Assembly (NCBI RefSeq): GCF_046347455.1
Contig: NZ_JAXMGC010000001.1
Coordinates: 509,241 to 573,240 of the forward strand
Origin: Cellvibrio sp.
GTDB taxonomy: Bacteria > Pseudomonadota > Gammaproteobacteria > Pseudomonadales > Cellvibrionaceae
Length of the DNA stretch: 64,000 nt
Reading direction: 5' to 3'
The notes under the pieces: generated by a model
Databases searched by the model: none
What the model saw: only the letters and a program-made list of their open reading frames with translations
What the model was told of the DNA's origin: nothing
Translations under genes and position numbers: made by a program
Part shown: in pieces, positions 35,323 to 45,928 of the stretch
Layout of the letters: each line of letters begins with the position of its first letter
How positions within the stretch are numbered: position 1 is the first letter of the stretch

Positions 35323-36906
35323 TTAAGCGTAGTGGTCAACCAGACGCTGCTGTTTAATTAGGCTCACCGCAACAGGAGTCTCGTCTTCAACCTTGTCCTG
35401 TTTTGCGCCCTGCCCGTTTTGATGTTGTGCGTCACCTTGATGACGATTGAATGACTTATCTGATACATCCACGTTCACCAAATTTAAACCTTGCTCACTA
35501 AACATGTCTCGCAGACGCCCCAAATTTTGATCGAGCACTTCGCGCGTGACTGGGTGATGACTGGTAAAACTTACGCTGGTTTGTTCCTGGTTGACGCTGA
35601 CTTTTACTTGCATCGGCCCCAAATGTTCCGGGTTGAGGTTGATTTCTGCCGAGCTTACATTTTGAGCGGCAAGCCATAAAACTTTTTCACCGACTGCTTG
35701 GCTCCACTGGGGTTGCCCCACGGGAACTGAAACCGCAGTTTGGACAACAAAGGTTCGTGCAGCGGGTATTTCTGTGTTCCCCGATTGCAACCAAGCGTGC
35801 ACCCCGCCCGATGAAGGAGTGTTGGCAACTGGTGCGGGCGGTGCTTGTGTTACATCGTCTTTTGCGTGGCCATTCGTTTGAGACGCAGCCTGTAACAATT
35901 TGTCGAAGCCCGTTGGCAGCTTGGCGGACTGAGACTCCTCAGACTCGCCATCCACCACCTCCGGCAAAGCGGATGCGGAAACCTCTGCCTTAACCACTGA
36001 CTTCGCCTCTGACGAGACCGCCAACAGACCGACCGGCTCCCCCTCCAATTCCGTCGTATCAGCCGGGGACGCACTCAGGCCGGATGTTGGCTTTATCATT
36101 TGCGTTTGAGCCGCGCCGGCAGCCAAGGCGACATCAGTCGCTTGTTGCGTCATTTGATCCGGACTCAGTACTGTCTGCATGGGAGAAATGGATTCAGAGG
36201 TATTCTTATCAGTCAGAGCACCTTCTGTATCATCCGCCGCTGATGGTTCATTTGCTACCGAAGATTGGGTTGCAAGCTTATCCAGCCAGTTCGCCGAAAC
36301 AGGTAAATCACCTTCTGTGGAATCCCCGGAACCTGCAAGTGACAATGTGGTGTTTGCATCCGCCCCCTCGCCCTGTTCGGGCTGAGTATCTAATGTCTCT
36401 CCCGCAGGAGACGCAAACGGGAGCGCGGCCATTAGCACGCCAAGTTCTGACGAACTGTTTTCATCAGTGGGATTTTGAGGAACTTGTTCAACAGCAACTG
36501 GAATAGCGTCGGATTCGCTTGGTTTGCTCTGCGTAGCTGCCACTTTACGCGCGGTTTTGAGTTCGCGAGAATTTGTGTTTTCAGTTTGAACATCTGAACT
36601 ATGGTTCGACTTAGGCTCTCTGCTATGGCGAAGAGGTTGATCGTCTTTGGTTGCGCGGGCAACTTGCTTGGCGGCAGGCTTAGCAGATTCTACAGCCGAT
36701 TCTGATTTATTCGACTGCGTAGTTTTTTTAACGGGAGGCTTGGCCGCCAGCTGGCGTTCCGCACGCGCCGATGCTTGCACATCGCTTAAACTCTGCTGAA
36801 AACTGGAAGAGGCATCTTCGCGATAATCGCGCTTGAGCGCAGGATTCGGTGTTGCAGTTGCTTGCGCTGATTTAAGGAAAACCATATTCGCTGAACTGTT
36901 ATTCAT
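35323..36906 (-). CDS. fliK: flagellar hook-length control protein FliK
   Basis: 527 aa, low-complexity and Ala/Ser/Gln/Pro-rich. The C-terminal Flg_hook-type domain contains LNPEHLGPMQVKVSV. Confidence 0.85.
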   Translation of the reverse strand: MNNSSANMVFLKSAQATATPNPALKRDYREDASSSFQQSLSDVQASARAERQLAAKPPVKKTTQSNKSESAVESAKPAAKQVARATKDDQPLRHSREPKSNHSSDVQTENTNSRELKTARKVAATQSKPSESDAIPVAVEQVPQNPTDENSSSELGVLMAALPFASPAGETLDTQPEQGEGADANTTLSLAGSGDSTEGDLPVSANWLDKLATQSSVANEPSAADDTEGALTDKNTSESISPMQTVLSPDQMTQQATDVALAAGAAQTQMIKPTSGLSASPADTTELEGEPVGLLAVSSEAKSVVKAEVSASALPEVVDGESEESQSAKLPTGFDKLLQAASQTNGHAKDDVTQAPPAPVANTPSSGGVHAWLQSGNTEIPAARTFVVQTAVSVPVGQPQWSQAVGEKVLWLAAQNVSSAEINLNPEHLGPMQVKVSVNQEQTSVSFTSHHPVTREVLDQNLGRLRDMFSEQGLNLVNVDVSDKSFNRHQGDAQHQNGQGAKQDKVEDETPVAVSLIKQQRLVDHYA

Positions 36907-37007
36907 TGCCGCAACCTCATTCTATTGCCGCCGCACAAGGGATAAAACGGCAACACATGGCCGCTTTATCAGGAGTTAGGCTTAGTTGATGAATTTAAAA
37001 TAGAAAG

Positions 37008-37023
37008 AGCAAGGCGGGTGCCA
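37008..37023 (-). promoter_or_regulatory. sigma54 promoter candidate for fliK: TGGCAC-N5-TTGCT
   Basis: The minus strand reads TGGCACCCGCCTTGCT (GG-N10-GC), about 100 nt upstream of the fliK ATG. Confidence 0.65.
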
Positions 37024-37048
37024 AAATGGCAAATAACTTGATAAATAA

Positions 37049-37423
37049 TTAGCGCAGATAATCCTGCATTTTTTGTTTGACGATAAGAAATTCAGTTTCA
37101 ACGCGCGATACATCTCCTGCGAGCGACCCAAGGCTTGCATCCAACGCATTGCGCTCTATAACAGCACAGAGCGATGCCAAATGCACAGCACCCAAATTGC
37201 TACTACTCCCTTTAAAGCTGTGTGCAGTTCTGCGGATAGCATCCAGATTTTCACCACCAATCATTTGTTGCAGGCTTAGCAAGCGGTCGGTGGAGTCACG
37301 CAGGTAGGTTTCAATTAATAAACCAAAATCGTCCTCCATAACCTCTTTAAGCGCATTTAGCGCATCGTAATCCAAATGCTGTACATCATTCATAAGCAAC
37401 CCAAGCAACAAATTATGCGACAA
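37049..37423 (-). CDS. hptB: histidine phosphotransfer (Hpt) protein, HptB-like
   Basis: Hpt motif HSFKGSSSNLGA. Its start is 3 nt after the stop of the upstream REC-PP2C gene. Start could instead be 37393. Confidence 0.7.
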   Translation of the reverse strand: MSHNLLLGLLMNDVQHLDYDALNALKEVMEDDFGLLIETYLRDSTDRLLSLQQMIGGENLDAIRRTAHSFKGSSSNLGAVHLASLCAVIERNALDASLGSLAGDVSRVETEFLIVKQKMQDYLR

Positions 37424-37426
37424 ACA

Positions 37427-39133
37427 TCAGTCGTCATTAGCCCATTCAAAAACGACTTCCACTTTATTACCGCAACCGTAATAGCGCACCGTTTTGCATA
37501 GCTTTTCAACCAAACTAATACCGCGACCACTATAACCGGTAATGGATAATTCTTTACCCTGCCGCGAACTGAAATCAAAGCCCTTGCCGCTATCCTCTAC
37601 ACGAAGTGTCAGTGAACCACCGTCAAGGTTCGATGAATAAGCAAAATAAATATGGACAAACCCCGTTGTAATTTCATTCAACAGTTTTTCACGTTGCGTG
37701 TAGTAGTTTGCAAAGCCTTCCGGCGTTTTTTTAATATCGCCACCCAAGCCTAACACCCCGTGCTCAAGTGCATTTGAGTAAAGCTCGGCTAGAATCGTGT
37801 ACAAGCTGCCACTAAACCCGCGCAAATCGGGTTCTTCTGTGAGTATATTGAGCAAAAAAGGTAAAGGATCAAAGGTTTTAAAACTGGTCGGTTTCACTTC
37901 AAACCGCAATTCCCATTCCACTTGCCCATGCTGTTGCAATTTACCCGAACTGGCACTTGGTATGCTCAGATTTTCCGGCGCATCCATACAAATTTCTATC
38001 ATGGATAGATCATCGTCTTGCTCGCCGGAGCCGATGAAGTTTTTGACGCCTAACAAAATTTCATCAAATGCGGTTTGGTTGCATTCATTCTCTTCAAACA
38101 ATTGCAGAAGACGTTCTTCGCCAAACATTTCGCCCTGTGCATTGCGTGCTTCGTGGATACCGTCCGACCACATGAATACCCTGTCGCCGGAATCAAGATT
38201 AATGACTTGTGTATCGTCCTTAAAACTTTTTTCAGCGAGCACACCCAAAGGCAAATGTGTAGAGCGCAAAGGAATAACGGAGCCGTCTTTGCGGTAGACC
38301 ATGCCTGCTGGCAATCCACCATTCCACACTTTTATACGTTTTTTTCGAAAATTAAAATCAATCATGGTTGCGCAACAAAACAATCCAACAGGCAGAATGG
38401 ATTTCAATTTTTTGTTGATTTCGCGCAATACATCTGACATGGAAAAACCTTTGTTGACCATGCCATAAAACGTGGATGCCAAGGGCATTGCACCAATAGC
38501 GGCCGGCAAACCGTGCCCGGTGAAATCGCCCAGCAATACCATCATGTTACCGTTCGGGCGCATACCGGCAACGAGCACATCACCGTTGAACACCGCGAGC
38601 GACGACAGAAAATAACGTACATTGTTCGCGTTCAAACAACCGCTGTGTGCAACATTGTCGAACACTTGTTTGGCAACTGTTTGTTCTTGCAATAAACGAC
38701 GGTGGTGCTGCGACAATTGATCTCGCTGCATGATCATGGTGTTGTGCAAACCACGCATACGATTAAAGGATTTTATTTTTGCTTTTAAAATAACGCGGTT
38801 ATAGGGCTTTGATAAAAAATCATCGCCACCGGCGTCCAGGCAACTTACAAGGGAATCTGTGTCTTGAAGGGAGGTAAGAAAAATAATGGGGACAAGTTCA
38901 TCGCCCGCCAGCTGTTTAATTTGTCTTGCAGCTTCAAAACCATCCAACTCTGGCATAAGCGCATCAAGCAAGACTATATCCGGGCGCTCCTGCCGATAGA
39001 TATCAACAGCTTCCAAACCATTACGTGCAGAAAAAACGTGGTGACCTTCCTTGCGCACAATGGTTTCTAAAATCAATCGGTCTGCATCGGTATCATCGGC
39101 AACCAGAATTTTTAAATTGCGCAGATCATTCAT
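37427..39133 (-). CDS. hsbR: response regulator with PP2C phosphatase and anti-sigma-kinase-like HATPase domains (HsbR-like)
   Basis: REC domain (ILVADD...VLLDALMPELDG), SpoIIE/PP2C domain (GDFTGHGLPAA, DDLSMI), and an RsbW-like C-terminus (ELYSNALEHG, DSGKGF). Confidence 0.7.
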   Translation of the reverse strand: MNDLRNLKILVADDTDADRLILETIVRKEGHHVFSARNGLEAVDIYRQERPDIVLLDALMPELDGFEAARQIKQLAGDELVPIIFLTSLQDTDSLVSCLDAGGDDFLSKPYNRVILKAKIKSFNRMRGLHNTMIMQRDQLSQHHRRLLQEQTVAKQVFDNVAHSGCLNANNVRYFLSSLAVFNGDVLVAGMRPNGNMMVLLGDFTGHGLPAAIGAMPLASTFYGMVNKGFSMSDVLREINKKLKSILPVGLFCCATMIDFNFRKKRIKVWNGGLPAGMVYRKDGSVIPLRSTHLPLGVLAEKSFKDDTQVINLDSGDRVFMWSDGIHEARNAQGEMFGEERLLQLFEENECNQTAFDEILLGVKNFIGSGEQDDDLSMIEICMDAPENLSIPSASSGKLQQHGQVEWELRFEVKPTSFKTFDPLPFLLNILTEEPDLRGFSGSLYTILAELYSNALEHGVLGLGGDIKKTPEGFANYYTQREKLLNEITTGFVHIYFAYSSNLDGGSLTLRVEDSGKGFDFSSRQGKELSITGYSGRGISLVEKLCKTVRYYGCGNKVEVVFEWANDD

Positions 39134-39203
39134 AGCAGTCAGTTCCGTTTACCGTCCGTCCAGTCTCGCTACAGCTTTGAAACAATTCCAAGCGTTTTAT
39201 CCG

Positions 39204-39509
39204 TCAATGAATGGCAAACAGCTGCTCAAAGTTCGATATGAGTAATATTTTTTTTACGTCTTGCGAGCAATTTACTATTTCAATATCAGCACGTTCGCCA
39301 CCGGCGTGATCGCGCAACAATAAGAGCATACCCAAGGCTGAACTATCCAGATAGGAGGTGCCCTGTAGGTCTACCCGAAAACGGCTGGGAGTTTTGGCAA
39401 GCTTTTCGTAAGCGTTGCGGAAATCCTGATGCGAACTGAAATCAAAACGCCCTTGGATGTAGATGGTCAATTGAGAACCATCTGCTGAAACGGTAGACGT
39501 GATCGCCAT
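39204..39509 (-). CDS. hsbA: STAS-domain anti-sigma-factor antagonist (HsbA-like)
   Basis: 101 aa with a STAS pattern (LDSSALGMLLLLRD) containing a phosphorylatable Ser. Confidence 0.7.
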   Translation of the reverse strand: MAITSTVSADGSQLTIYIQGRFDFSSHQDFRNAYEKLAKTPSRFRVDLQGTSYLDSSALGMLLLLRDHAGGERADIEIVNCSQDVKKILLISNFEQLFAIH

Positions 39510-39728
39510 AACTTACCTCTATCACATTGTCCAAATAATCATTATTTGTTTCGTGTATGCCTAGGATTATTGCCACCCACCACCAACGCCTTTGGAATAT
39601 GGATAGCACTAGGTCTCCATGTTAAGACTAGTCGATAAATGCCTTTTGTATAGGAGCAAGACCAAGGATTCCCAAAAAATATATAGGCTTTTGCAACCCA
39701 CTATTGGCGTGCAAGCAAGCTAACAGGG

Positions 39729-40181
39729 TCAATCGACTTGCTCGCGCCTGACATAGGCCTGCCCCACAAGCTCGTCCAACTCTTTCTGCAAGCGCTTTTC
39801 CATAAGTGCATTTTCTTCGTGCTGCAAGCGAAGGATAAGCTCCTTGATAGATTCACACTTTTGATGTGCAACTCGCCATGCTTGCCGCAGGCGTTCGAGT
39901 TGTTGCTGGAACCGCTTGAGGCGTGCTTCTTGCTCTTTCCGCGCATCGCCTAATCGCTGGATAAAACCACTATAGGCAATGAGTTCATGGGGCCTAACAC
40001 CGGTTTTTCGCTCGCCATATATCGCCAGATATTGTGCGGCGTACTCGTCCAACTGGCGCAACTGTTCTACTTCTGCCGCCACCTGAGCTTGGGCTTGGCT
40101 CAGCTGTTGACCGGCGGCCTCTTCTGCCCGTTCAGCCAAGGTTAGAACAACCTGCATACGCTTGGCGCGAGATTCAGCCAT
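39729..40181 (-). CDS. fliJ: flagellar export chaperone-like protein FliJ
   Basis: 150-aa all-coiled-coil protein directly downstream of fliI. Confidence 0.85.
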   Translation of the reverse strand: MAESRAKRMQVVLTLAERAEEAAGQQLSQAQAQVAAEVEQLRQLDEYAAQYLAIYGERKTGVRPHELIAYSGFIQRLGDARKEQEARLKRFQQQLERLRQAWRVAHQKCESIKELILRLQHEENALMEKRLQKELDELVGQAYVRREQVD

Positions 40182-40191
40182 AAATAACTAC

Positions 40192-41571
40192 CTATCGCTG
40201 ATGTTGAGCTGCCAAAGGCCCATTACCTTTAGGCTGTTGGGTACGAATAACAGACTGCAAATTGGCAATTGATTCCGGCATGAGTACGCGTTGGTTAATG
40301 CCTTGCTGGATAAATGCGCGCAAATGAGGGAAACGTTCAATAGCCGCATCGGTTTCTGCATCCGCACCTTGGGAATAGGCACCTATCGCAATCAAATCTT
40401 TGTTTTGTTGATAGCGTGATAAAAGCTGTTTAAAGCGCTGCATTTGCTTCAAATGCTCTTCCGGCACTATGTTCTGCATGGCCCGGCTAATAGACGCTTC
40501 CACATCGATAGCGGGATAAACACCCTCTTCCGCCAAGCGACGCGATAAAACCACGTGGCCGTCCAAGATTGCACGTGCCGAGTCGGCAATAGGATCCTGC
40601 AAATCATCGCCTTCAGTTAGAACGGTGTAAAACGCTGTAATTGAACCTTGGCCTTTATCGGCATTACCTGCTCGCTCTACCAGCTGCGGGATTTTGGCGA
40701 ACACAGACGGCGGATAGCCTTTGGTGGCGGGCGGCTCCCCAATGGCGAGTGCGATTTCACGTTGCGCTTGGGCGTAGCGGGTCAGCGAGTCCATCAACAG
40801 CAGAACATTCAAGCCTTTGTCCCGATAGTATTCCGCAATGCGGCTGGATAATTGCGAAGCCCGCAAACGCATCAGCGGCGCGTCATCCGCTGGTGACGCA
40901 ACCACAACGGCGCGGCGCAGACCTTCTTCACCCAGAATATGGTCAATAAATTCCTTCACCTCACGGCCACGCTCGCCAATCAAACCGACCACCACAATGT
41001 CGGCGGTAGTGAATTTGGTCATCATGCCCATGAGTACACTTTTCCCCACGCCCGAGCCCGCCATTAAGCCCAAGCGTTGGCCGCGCCCCACGGTAATCAA
41101 GGCATTAATTGCGCGAACGCCCACATCCAAGGTTTCGCTAATCGGATGGCGTTGCAAGGGGTTAATTTCTGAAGGATTGAAATCGAGGAATTCGTCGCCG
41201 ATGAGCGGGCCTTTGTTATCCAAAGGCTGGCCAATTCCATTGACGACACGCCCCAAGGTTTGCAAACCAATTCGCATACCTTGCTGTGCGGATACAGGTA
41301 CAACGCGTGCGCCGGGTTGCAAACCTTCGACGCGTTTTATCGGCATTAAAAAAACACGGTCACCGGCAAAACCAACAACTTCCGCTTCAATTTGGCGACC
41401 ATCGCTGTTGATCACTTCACATTGTTTTCCCACCGATACTTTAAGACCAACAGCCTCCAAGGTTAAACCCACGGAACGTGTAATTCGGCCCTCCGCCACT
41501 GGCTCGTTTTTCACAACGCGGCGCGGCGCGTAGTGTTGCAGGCGGGAACTTATGGATTGGCGTTCTGACAT
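40192..41571 (-). CDS. fliI: flagellum-specific ATPase FliI
   Basis: Walker A GSGVGKS, Walker [11 protein letters not shown]1-ATPase-like core. Confidence 0.95.
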   Translation of the reverse strand: MSERQSISSRLQHYAPRRVVKNEPVAEGRITRSVGLTLEAVGLKVSVGKQCEVINSDGRQIEAEVVGFAGDRVFLMPIKRVEGLQPGARVVPVSAQQGMRIGLQTLGRVVNGIGQPLDNKGPLIGDEFLDFNPSEINPLQRHPISETLDVGVRAINALITVGRGQRLGLMAGSGVGKSVLMGMMTKFTTADIVVVGLIGERGREVKEFIDHILGEEGLRRAVVVASPADDAPLMRLRASQLSSRIAEYYRDKGLNVLLLMDSLTRYAQAQREIALAIGEPPATKGYPPSVFAKIPQLVERAGNADKGQGSITAFYTVLTEGDDLQDPIADSARAILDGHVVLSRRLAEEGVYPAIDVEASISRAMQNIVPEEHLKQMQRFKQLLSRYQQNKDLIAIGAYSQGADAETDAAIERFPHLRAFIQQGINQRVLMPESIANLQSVIRTQQPKGNGPLAAQHQR

Positions 41572-41637
41572 GGGAGAACCATTTTTTGGCGCTAGAATGT
41601 GAGTATGACGGCTATTTAGTGTTGAGTTCGCTATAAA

Positions 41638-42432
41638 TCATTCAACGCTCGGAGAGCTTTCTTCTGCATCCACCTGCGCCAGTTGCCCCGTTAAAAATTG
41701 TTCGAGTACAGTTTGCAAGCGTTGGGACACAGAAAAATCTACGCGGCTTTCCGGCGTTTCTACTTTGCATCCACCAGGTTGCAATTGCGTGTCAGCAAAG
41801 AATTTCCAATCCAGTTGTTGCTCGCTGGCGTAAGTCTCAACAACCGCTAGATCTTCTGGATTCAAACTGATGCGAATGTTTTTGCTGCCGACTGGAAGCG
41901 CCTCAACAGCTGTTTTTACTAACTCTAAAATATGCGAAGAATCGGTAACTAACTCGCGTTGAATAACGCTTTGCGTGAGTGAACAGATCACGTCCAACAA
42001 CATATGTTCAATGTCGTTGTCTTGCGCCGTAAGCGGATTTAATAATGAATTAGCAAGATGTTGAAAACGTTGTTGCTCAAGCGTCAAATGAGCGCGCATT
42101 TCCATTAAACCTTGTTGGCGCCCTGCTTCGTAACCTTCGTTTTTGCCCTGCTCAAAACCGGCAGCGTGACCTTGCGCGAAGCCGTCTTTTTCGGCTGCAT
42201 CAAAAATATCCTGCATTTCTTGCGCGGTCATGCCCGTTTTTTGTTGCGGCGGAATTTCAACAGTTTCGATTTTTTCTTTGCCTTGTTGCAGCAATTTTTC
42301 ACGACGCATGCGCGCTTCTTTTTCAGCGCTGGATAAAATCCTGCCAGTATCGTCCACAGGTGGAAGCATCCAGGATTTTACTTCTCCCAACTCTTCCGAT
42401 GGAATTCGGCCTGGCATGGATTTGGTGGTCAT
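41638..42432 (-). CDS. fliH: flagellar assembly protein FliH
   Basis: 264 aa with a charged coiled-coil N-terminal half, positioned between fliG and fliI. Confidence 0.85.
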   Translation of the reverse strand: MTTKSMPGRIPSEELGEVKSWMLPPVDDTGRILSSAEKEARMRREKLLQQGKEKIETVEIPPQQKTGMTAQEMQDIFDAAEKDGFAQGHAAGFEQGKNEGYEAGRQQGLMEMRAHLTLEQQRFQHLANSLLNPLTAQDNDIEHMLLDVICSLTQSVIQRELVTDSSHILELVKTAVEALPVGSKNIRISLNPEDLAVVETYASEQQLDWKFFADTQLQPGGCKVETPESRVDFSVSQRLQTVLEQFLTGQLAQVDAEESSPSVE

Positions 42433-42482
42433 AAACGCCCTACTGTGAACGCATTAAATTCGTTTAAACGCGAACTTAAAAA

Positions 42483-43517
42483 TTAAATCATGGCCTCGCC
42501 ACCGCCGCCCAACATAATTTCGCCGGAATCGGCCATCCGGCGTGCGGTAGTAAGAATTTCTTTTTGCGCTGCTTCCACATCGGCAAGGCGCATTGGAGGT
42601 TTGGTTTCCAAATCATCGCGCAAGAGTTCTGCAGCACGTTTTGACATGTTTTTGAAGATTTTTTCTTTGAGTTCGTCGTCTGCACCTTTGAGCGCAACAA
42701 TAAGAACTTCGGAAGACACTTCGCGCAACAGTGCTTGAATGCCGCGGTCGTCCACATCTTTGAGGTTTTCAAATACGAACATAAGATCTTGGATTTGGTT
42801 ACCCATGTCTTCGTCGATTTCTTTGATGGAATCCATCAAATCGGCTTCGATAGAACCATCCAAATTGTTCATAATTTCCGCAGCCACTTTGTAACCGCCC
42901 ATGGCTTTGGTTTGCGAAGCAGCATTACCGGAGAATTGTTTTTCAAGAATGTCATTCAATTCTTGTAAAGCGCTGGGTTGAACCGTATCCAATGATGCAA
43001 CGCGCATCATAATGTCGAGGCGAACTTTTTCGGGGAAGAAAGTCAAAATTTCGGCAGCTTGGTCTGCGTCCAAATAAGCAATCACAATGGCCTGGATTTG
43101 AGGATGTTCGTTACGAATAATGTCTGCTACTGAGCGAGCGTCCATCCATTTCAGCGTATCCAAACCTGTGGTATTTCCGCCCAAAAGAATACGGTCAATA
43201 AGGCCGTTTGCTTTATCTTCACCCAATGCGGTTACCAGCATTTTGCGAATGTAGCCGTCTGCACCTACACCCAACCCAGTTAAGGTGCGCACTTCATCCA
43301 AAAAGTTACCCATGACGGCTTGCACATCGCTTTGTTGTACGTTGCTTAATTGCGTCATAGCAGCGCCAATACGTTGTACTTCTTTTGGCCCCATGTGCTT
43401 AAGAATTTCAGCGGCATCTTGTTCGCCTAAAGACATCAACAGAATCGCAGCCTGATCAACGGGGCGCAATTTTGTTTTGGTCTTTTCACCGGCTTTTTCG
43501 GGTGGATTCGCCATCAA
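42483..43517 (-). CDS. fliG: flagellar motor switch protein FliG
   Basis: 344 aa with FliG-type ARM repeats (AAILLMSLGEQDAAEILKHM) and the C-terminal torque helix region. Confidence 0.95.
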   Translation of the reverse strand: MMANPPEKAGEKTKTKLRPVDQAAILLMSLGEQDAAEILKHMGPKEVQRIGAAMTQLSNVQQSDVQAVMGNFLDEVRTLTGLGVGADGYIRKMLVTALGEDKANGLIDRILLGGNTTGLDTLKWMDARSVADIIRNEHPQIQAIVIAYLDADQAAEILTFFPEKVRLDIMMRVASLDTVQPSALQELNDILEKQFSGNAASQTKAMGGYKVAAEIMNNLDGSIEADLMDSIKEIDEDMGNQIQDLMFVFENLKDVDDRGIQALLREVSSEVLIVALKGADDELKEKIFKNMSKRAAELLRDDLETKPPMRLADVEAAQKEILTTARRMADSGEIMLGGGGEAMI

Positions 43518-43561
43518 TCTTTACCTTAATTTGTTCGTACGCAGATTTAATGATTGATCTG

Positions 43562-45259
43562 CTATTCGCCTTGGTTGACCCATTTTTTTACCACTTGCGC
43601 CACTCGGCCCGGGTCATCGGCAATCAAACCTTTGATCGCATTAAGTTGCTGTTCGTAACCTTGTTCTGGTCCGCCTAGTAAGAGCGCGCTGCCGCCGGAA
43701 AGTGTAACGGTTTCATCTGAAACACCTTCCATGCCACCCAAGCCTGCGGCTTCAAGTGCGGCTAACTGGCGAGCTTCTTCTTGCTCAGCAATGCTGCCGC
43801 CGTTGCGCGCCAAACTTTTAAACACAGGGCGAAGCAAACCGAAAATTAACGCCAAAATAATGATGACACTGGCAATGGATTTAATATGTGGCATCAACCA
43901 TTTTTCCCACCAAGGTACTGCGGGTAATTCTGTTTCGGGGACTTCAACACCCGCAGTAAATGGCGCGTTCAATACGTTGACGCTATCACCGCGCACAGCG
44001 GAGTAGCCCACGGAATCTCTTACCAGTATAGCCAAGCGTTCGAGTTCGTTTGCCGTCCAAGGTTGATGAGTTTCTGTGCCGTCTTCATTTTTGATTATTT
44101 TATCATCCACCACTACCGCAACGGTTAGACGTTTAAGAGTACCTTGTTGGTGTTTGGTATAACTGACAGTTCGATCAAGCTCAAAATTACGTGTGGATTG
44201 CTCACGATTATTCGTCGCTGTTTTGGGCGCCGCCGCTTGACCTTCTTGCGGTGTTGCTTGCTCAGGCGCTTGGCCGGTAGCGGGCGGTTGATTGGTCAAT
44301 GCACCTGGAATACCGGCAGCATCCGCACCGCCTGCTTTTGATTCAATTAATTTTTGCTCGCTGCGCACAGCAGGTAAATCAGGATTAAAGGTTTCAGCAG
44401 CTTGTTCAACTGCGGTGAAATCTATGTCTGCACTCACTTGCGTACGGAATTTTCCGTTGCCAACAACAGGCTCTAGAATTCCTGTGATACGTTTGATTAA
44501 AGAGTCTTCTACTGTTTTTGAATATTGGTGTTGTTTGGTAGCGAGCATTAAATCCTGGCTATCTTCGCCAGTGGATAGTAAATCGCCGTGTTGATCAACA
44601 ACGGTTACGTCAGCCATTTTTAAATCAGGCACGCTCGAAGCCACCAAATTCATAATGGCTTTTACTTGAGCAGGTTCCACTGTACGGCCGGCGAAAACTT
44701 CTACAAAAACCGACGCTGTAGGTTTAGACGCATCACGTACAAAAACCGTTTTTTTCGGCAAGGCCAGATGCACGCGCGCACTGCGAATACTGCTAATGCT
44801 GGTAATGGTACGCGCCAATTCACCTTCTATACTGCGCTGGTAACGAGTGCTCTCAACAAATTGACTGGTGCCCAATGGTTGCTCTTTGTCCATCAATTCA
44901 AAGCCGGGTGTTGCGCTTCCTGGCAAACCGACTTCAGCGATTTTCATACGAGCTACATGGATGGAATCTGCTGCCACTAAAATCGCACCGGTATTGGTGT
45001 CGAGCTTATATTTGATTCTGTTTTGATCGAGAATTTGAGTAACGCTTGCCGCGTCCAAATTATCCATACGTCCCATCAACGGACGATAATCATCACCTTG
45101 TGTCCAAAGTACCACCGCGAAACCTATTGCAACGCTCGCTGCCAGCGCGATCATTAAACCAATTTGGCGAAATAAATTCAGGCTGCTAAAGCCTTCTGCC
45201 AAATCGCCTGCGCGGCCTTTCGTTTTTGCGGGGAGATTTGCGTCTGCTGCGGTGGCCAT
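43562..45259 (-). CDS. fliF: flagellar MS-ring protein FliF
   Basis: 565 aa with N- and C-terminal TM segments, YscJ/FliF ring-building motifs, and a Gln/Ala/Pro-rich linker. Confidence 0.95.
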   Translation of the reverse strand: MATAADANLPAKTKGRAGDLAEGFSSLNLFRQIGLMIALAASVAIGFAVVLWTQGDDYRPLMGRMDNLDAASVTQILDQNRIKYKLDTNTGAILVAADSIHVARMKIAEVGLPGSATPGFELMDKEQPLGTSQFVESTRYQRSIEGELARTITSISSIRSARVHLALPKKTVFVRDASKPTASVFVEVFAGRTVEPAQVKAIMNLVASSVPDLKMADVTVVDQHGDLLSTGEDSQDLMLATKQHQYSKTVEDSLIKRITGILEPVVGNGKFRTQVSADIDFTAVEQAAETFNPDLPAVRSEQKLIESKAGGADAAGIPGALTNQPPATGQAPEQATPQEGQAAAPKTATNNREQSTRNFELDRTVSYTKHQQGTLKRLTVAVVVDDKIIKNEDGTETHQPWTANELERLAILVRDSVGYSAVRGDSVNVLNAPFTAGVEVPETELPAVPWWEKWLMPHIKSIASVIIILALIFGLLRPVFKSLARNGGSIAEQEEARQLAALEAAGLGGMEGVSDETVTLSGGSALLLGGPEQGYEQQLNAIKGLIADDPGRVAQVVKKWVNQGE

Positions 45260-45312
45260 ATCAAAAACCTTTCTTCAACACTTTTTAATGGAGTGATTCG
45301 CGTTAACTTGCC

Positions 45313-45684
45313 TTAAATAGGCATGCTCATGACGTCTTTATAGGCTTCAACTAATTTGTTACGGACTTGCACCATGGCTTGAAAAGACACAGACGCTTTT
45401 TGCGAGGCAATCATTACATCGGTGATATCAACACCGTCGACGCCTTTCTCGTAGGCAGTTGCCATGGCGCTGGATTTTTGTTGAACCTCATTTACGTTAT
45501 TGATTGCTTTGGTCATTAAATCGCCAAAGCTTGGAACCTTGTTTTGGGTATCCATTTGTAAATTGTTAAGCCCACGGTTAATTCCCATGTCGCCGTTAAT
45601 TTGCGGACGCTGGAATACCTGAGTTTGTGATTTGAGGGTACGCATTTCACCAAGAAGACGGTTGATATCGACGCGATCTGTCAT
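45313..45684 (-). CDS. fliE: flagellar hook-basal body protein FliE
   Basis: The C-terminus [19 protein letters not shown] matches the FliE consensus. Confidence 0.9.
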   Translation of the reverse strand: MTDRVDINRLLGEMRTLKSQTQVFQRPQINGDMGINRGLNNLQMDTQNKVPSFGDLMTKAINNVNEVQQKSSAMATAYEKGVDGVDITDVMIASQKASVSFQAMVQVRNKLVEAYKDVMSMPI

Positions 45685-45767
45685 GGGATTTCTCCGAAAC
45701 TCTGCTTAACGTTTGTAAGTACTGCCAGCGACAATAATTTGGCACGCTGAATTGTTACAGACGATAT

Positions 45768-45783
45768 TGCACAAAGCAGGCCA
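45768..45783 (-). promoter_or_regulatory. sigma54 promoter candidate for the fliE operon: TGGCCT-N5-GTGCA
   Basis: The minus strand reads TGGCCTGCTTTGTGCA (GG-N10-GC), about 85 nt upstream of the fliE ATG. It is weaker than the other three candidates. Confidence 0.4.
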
Positions 45784-45928
45784 AAAATTGCCGCGCGGCA
45801 AAGCATGTCCTCTTGGTTAAAAACAAACCACCTGTTTCACAAAAATGACTTAGGTTATTCATCAAGATGTAACGCCGCCTTCGTAGCTTTTTAGCGTTCC
45901 ATTTGCTGAAACACGACGAGGACGAGCG

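Noticed and set aside
37049-39509. An Hpt protein plus a response regulator with an effector domain could suggest a Detocs-like phosphorelay defence system.
   Set aside because: The architecture (REC-PP2C-HATPase plus a STAS partner) and its position inside the fli cluster match the housekeeping HptB/HsbR/HsbA motility pathway. There is no dedicated kinase gene or toxic effector domain.
40838-41533. 231-aa ORF on the + strand inside fliI. Similar long antisense ORFs occur at 37797-38297 and 38075-38437 (in hsbR), at 18147-18545 (in czcA), and at 36084-36506 and 35757-35993 (in fliK).
   Set aside because: They lie antisense to genes with strong family signatures. Their translations are low-complexity and Arg/Ser/Pro-rich with no motifs, which is typical of shadow ORFs.
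45740-45755. TGGCACGCTGAATTGT on the + strand looks like a sigma54 -24 element pointing toward the 63-aa ORF. A similar TGGCACTTTTTGG occurs at 50088-50100.
   Set aside because: The -12 element is missing or mis-spaced, since GG-N10 is not followed by GC. They are probably chance matches.
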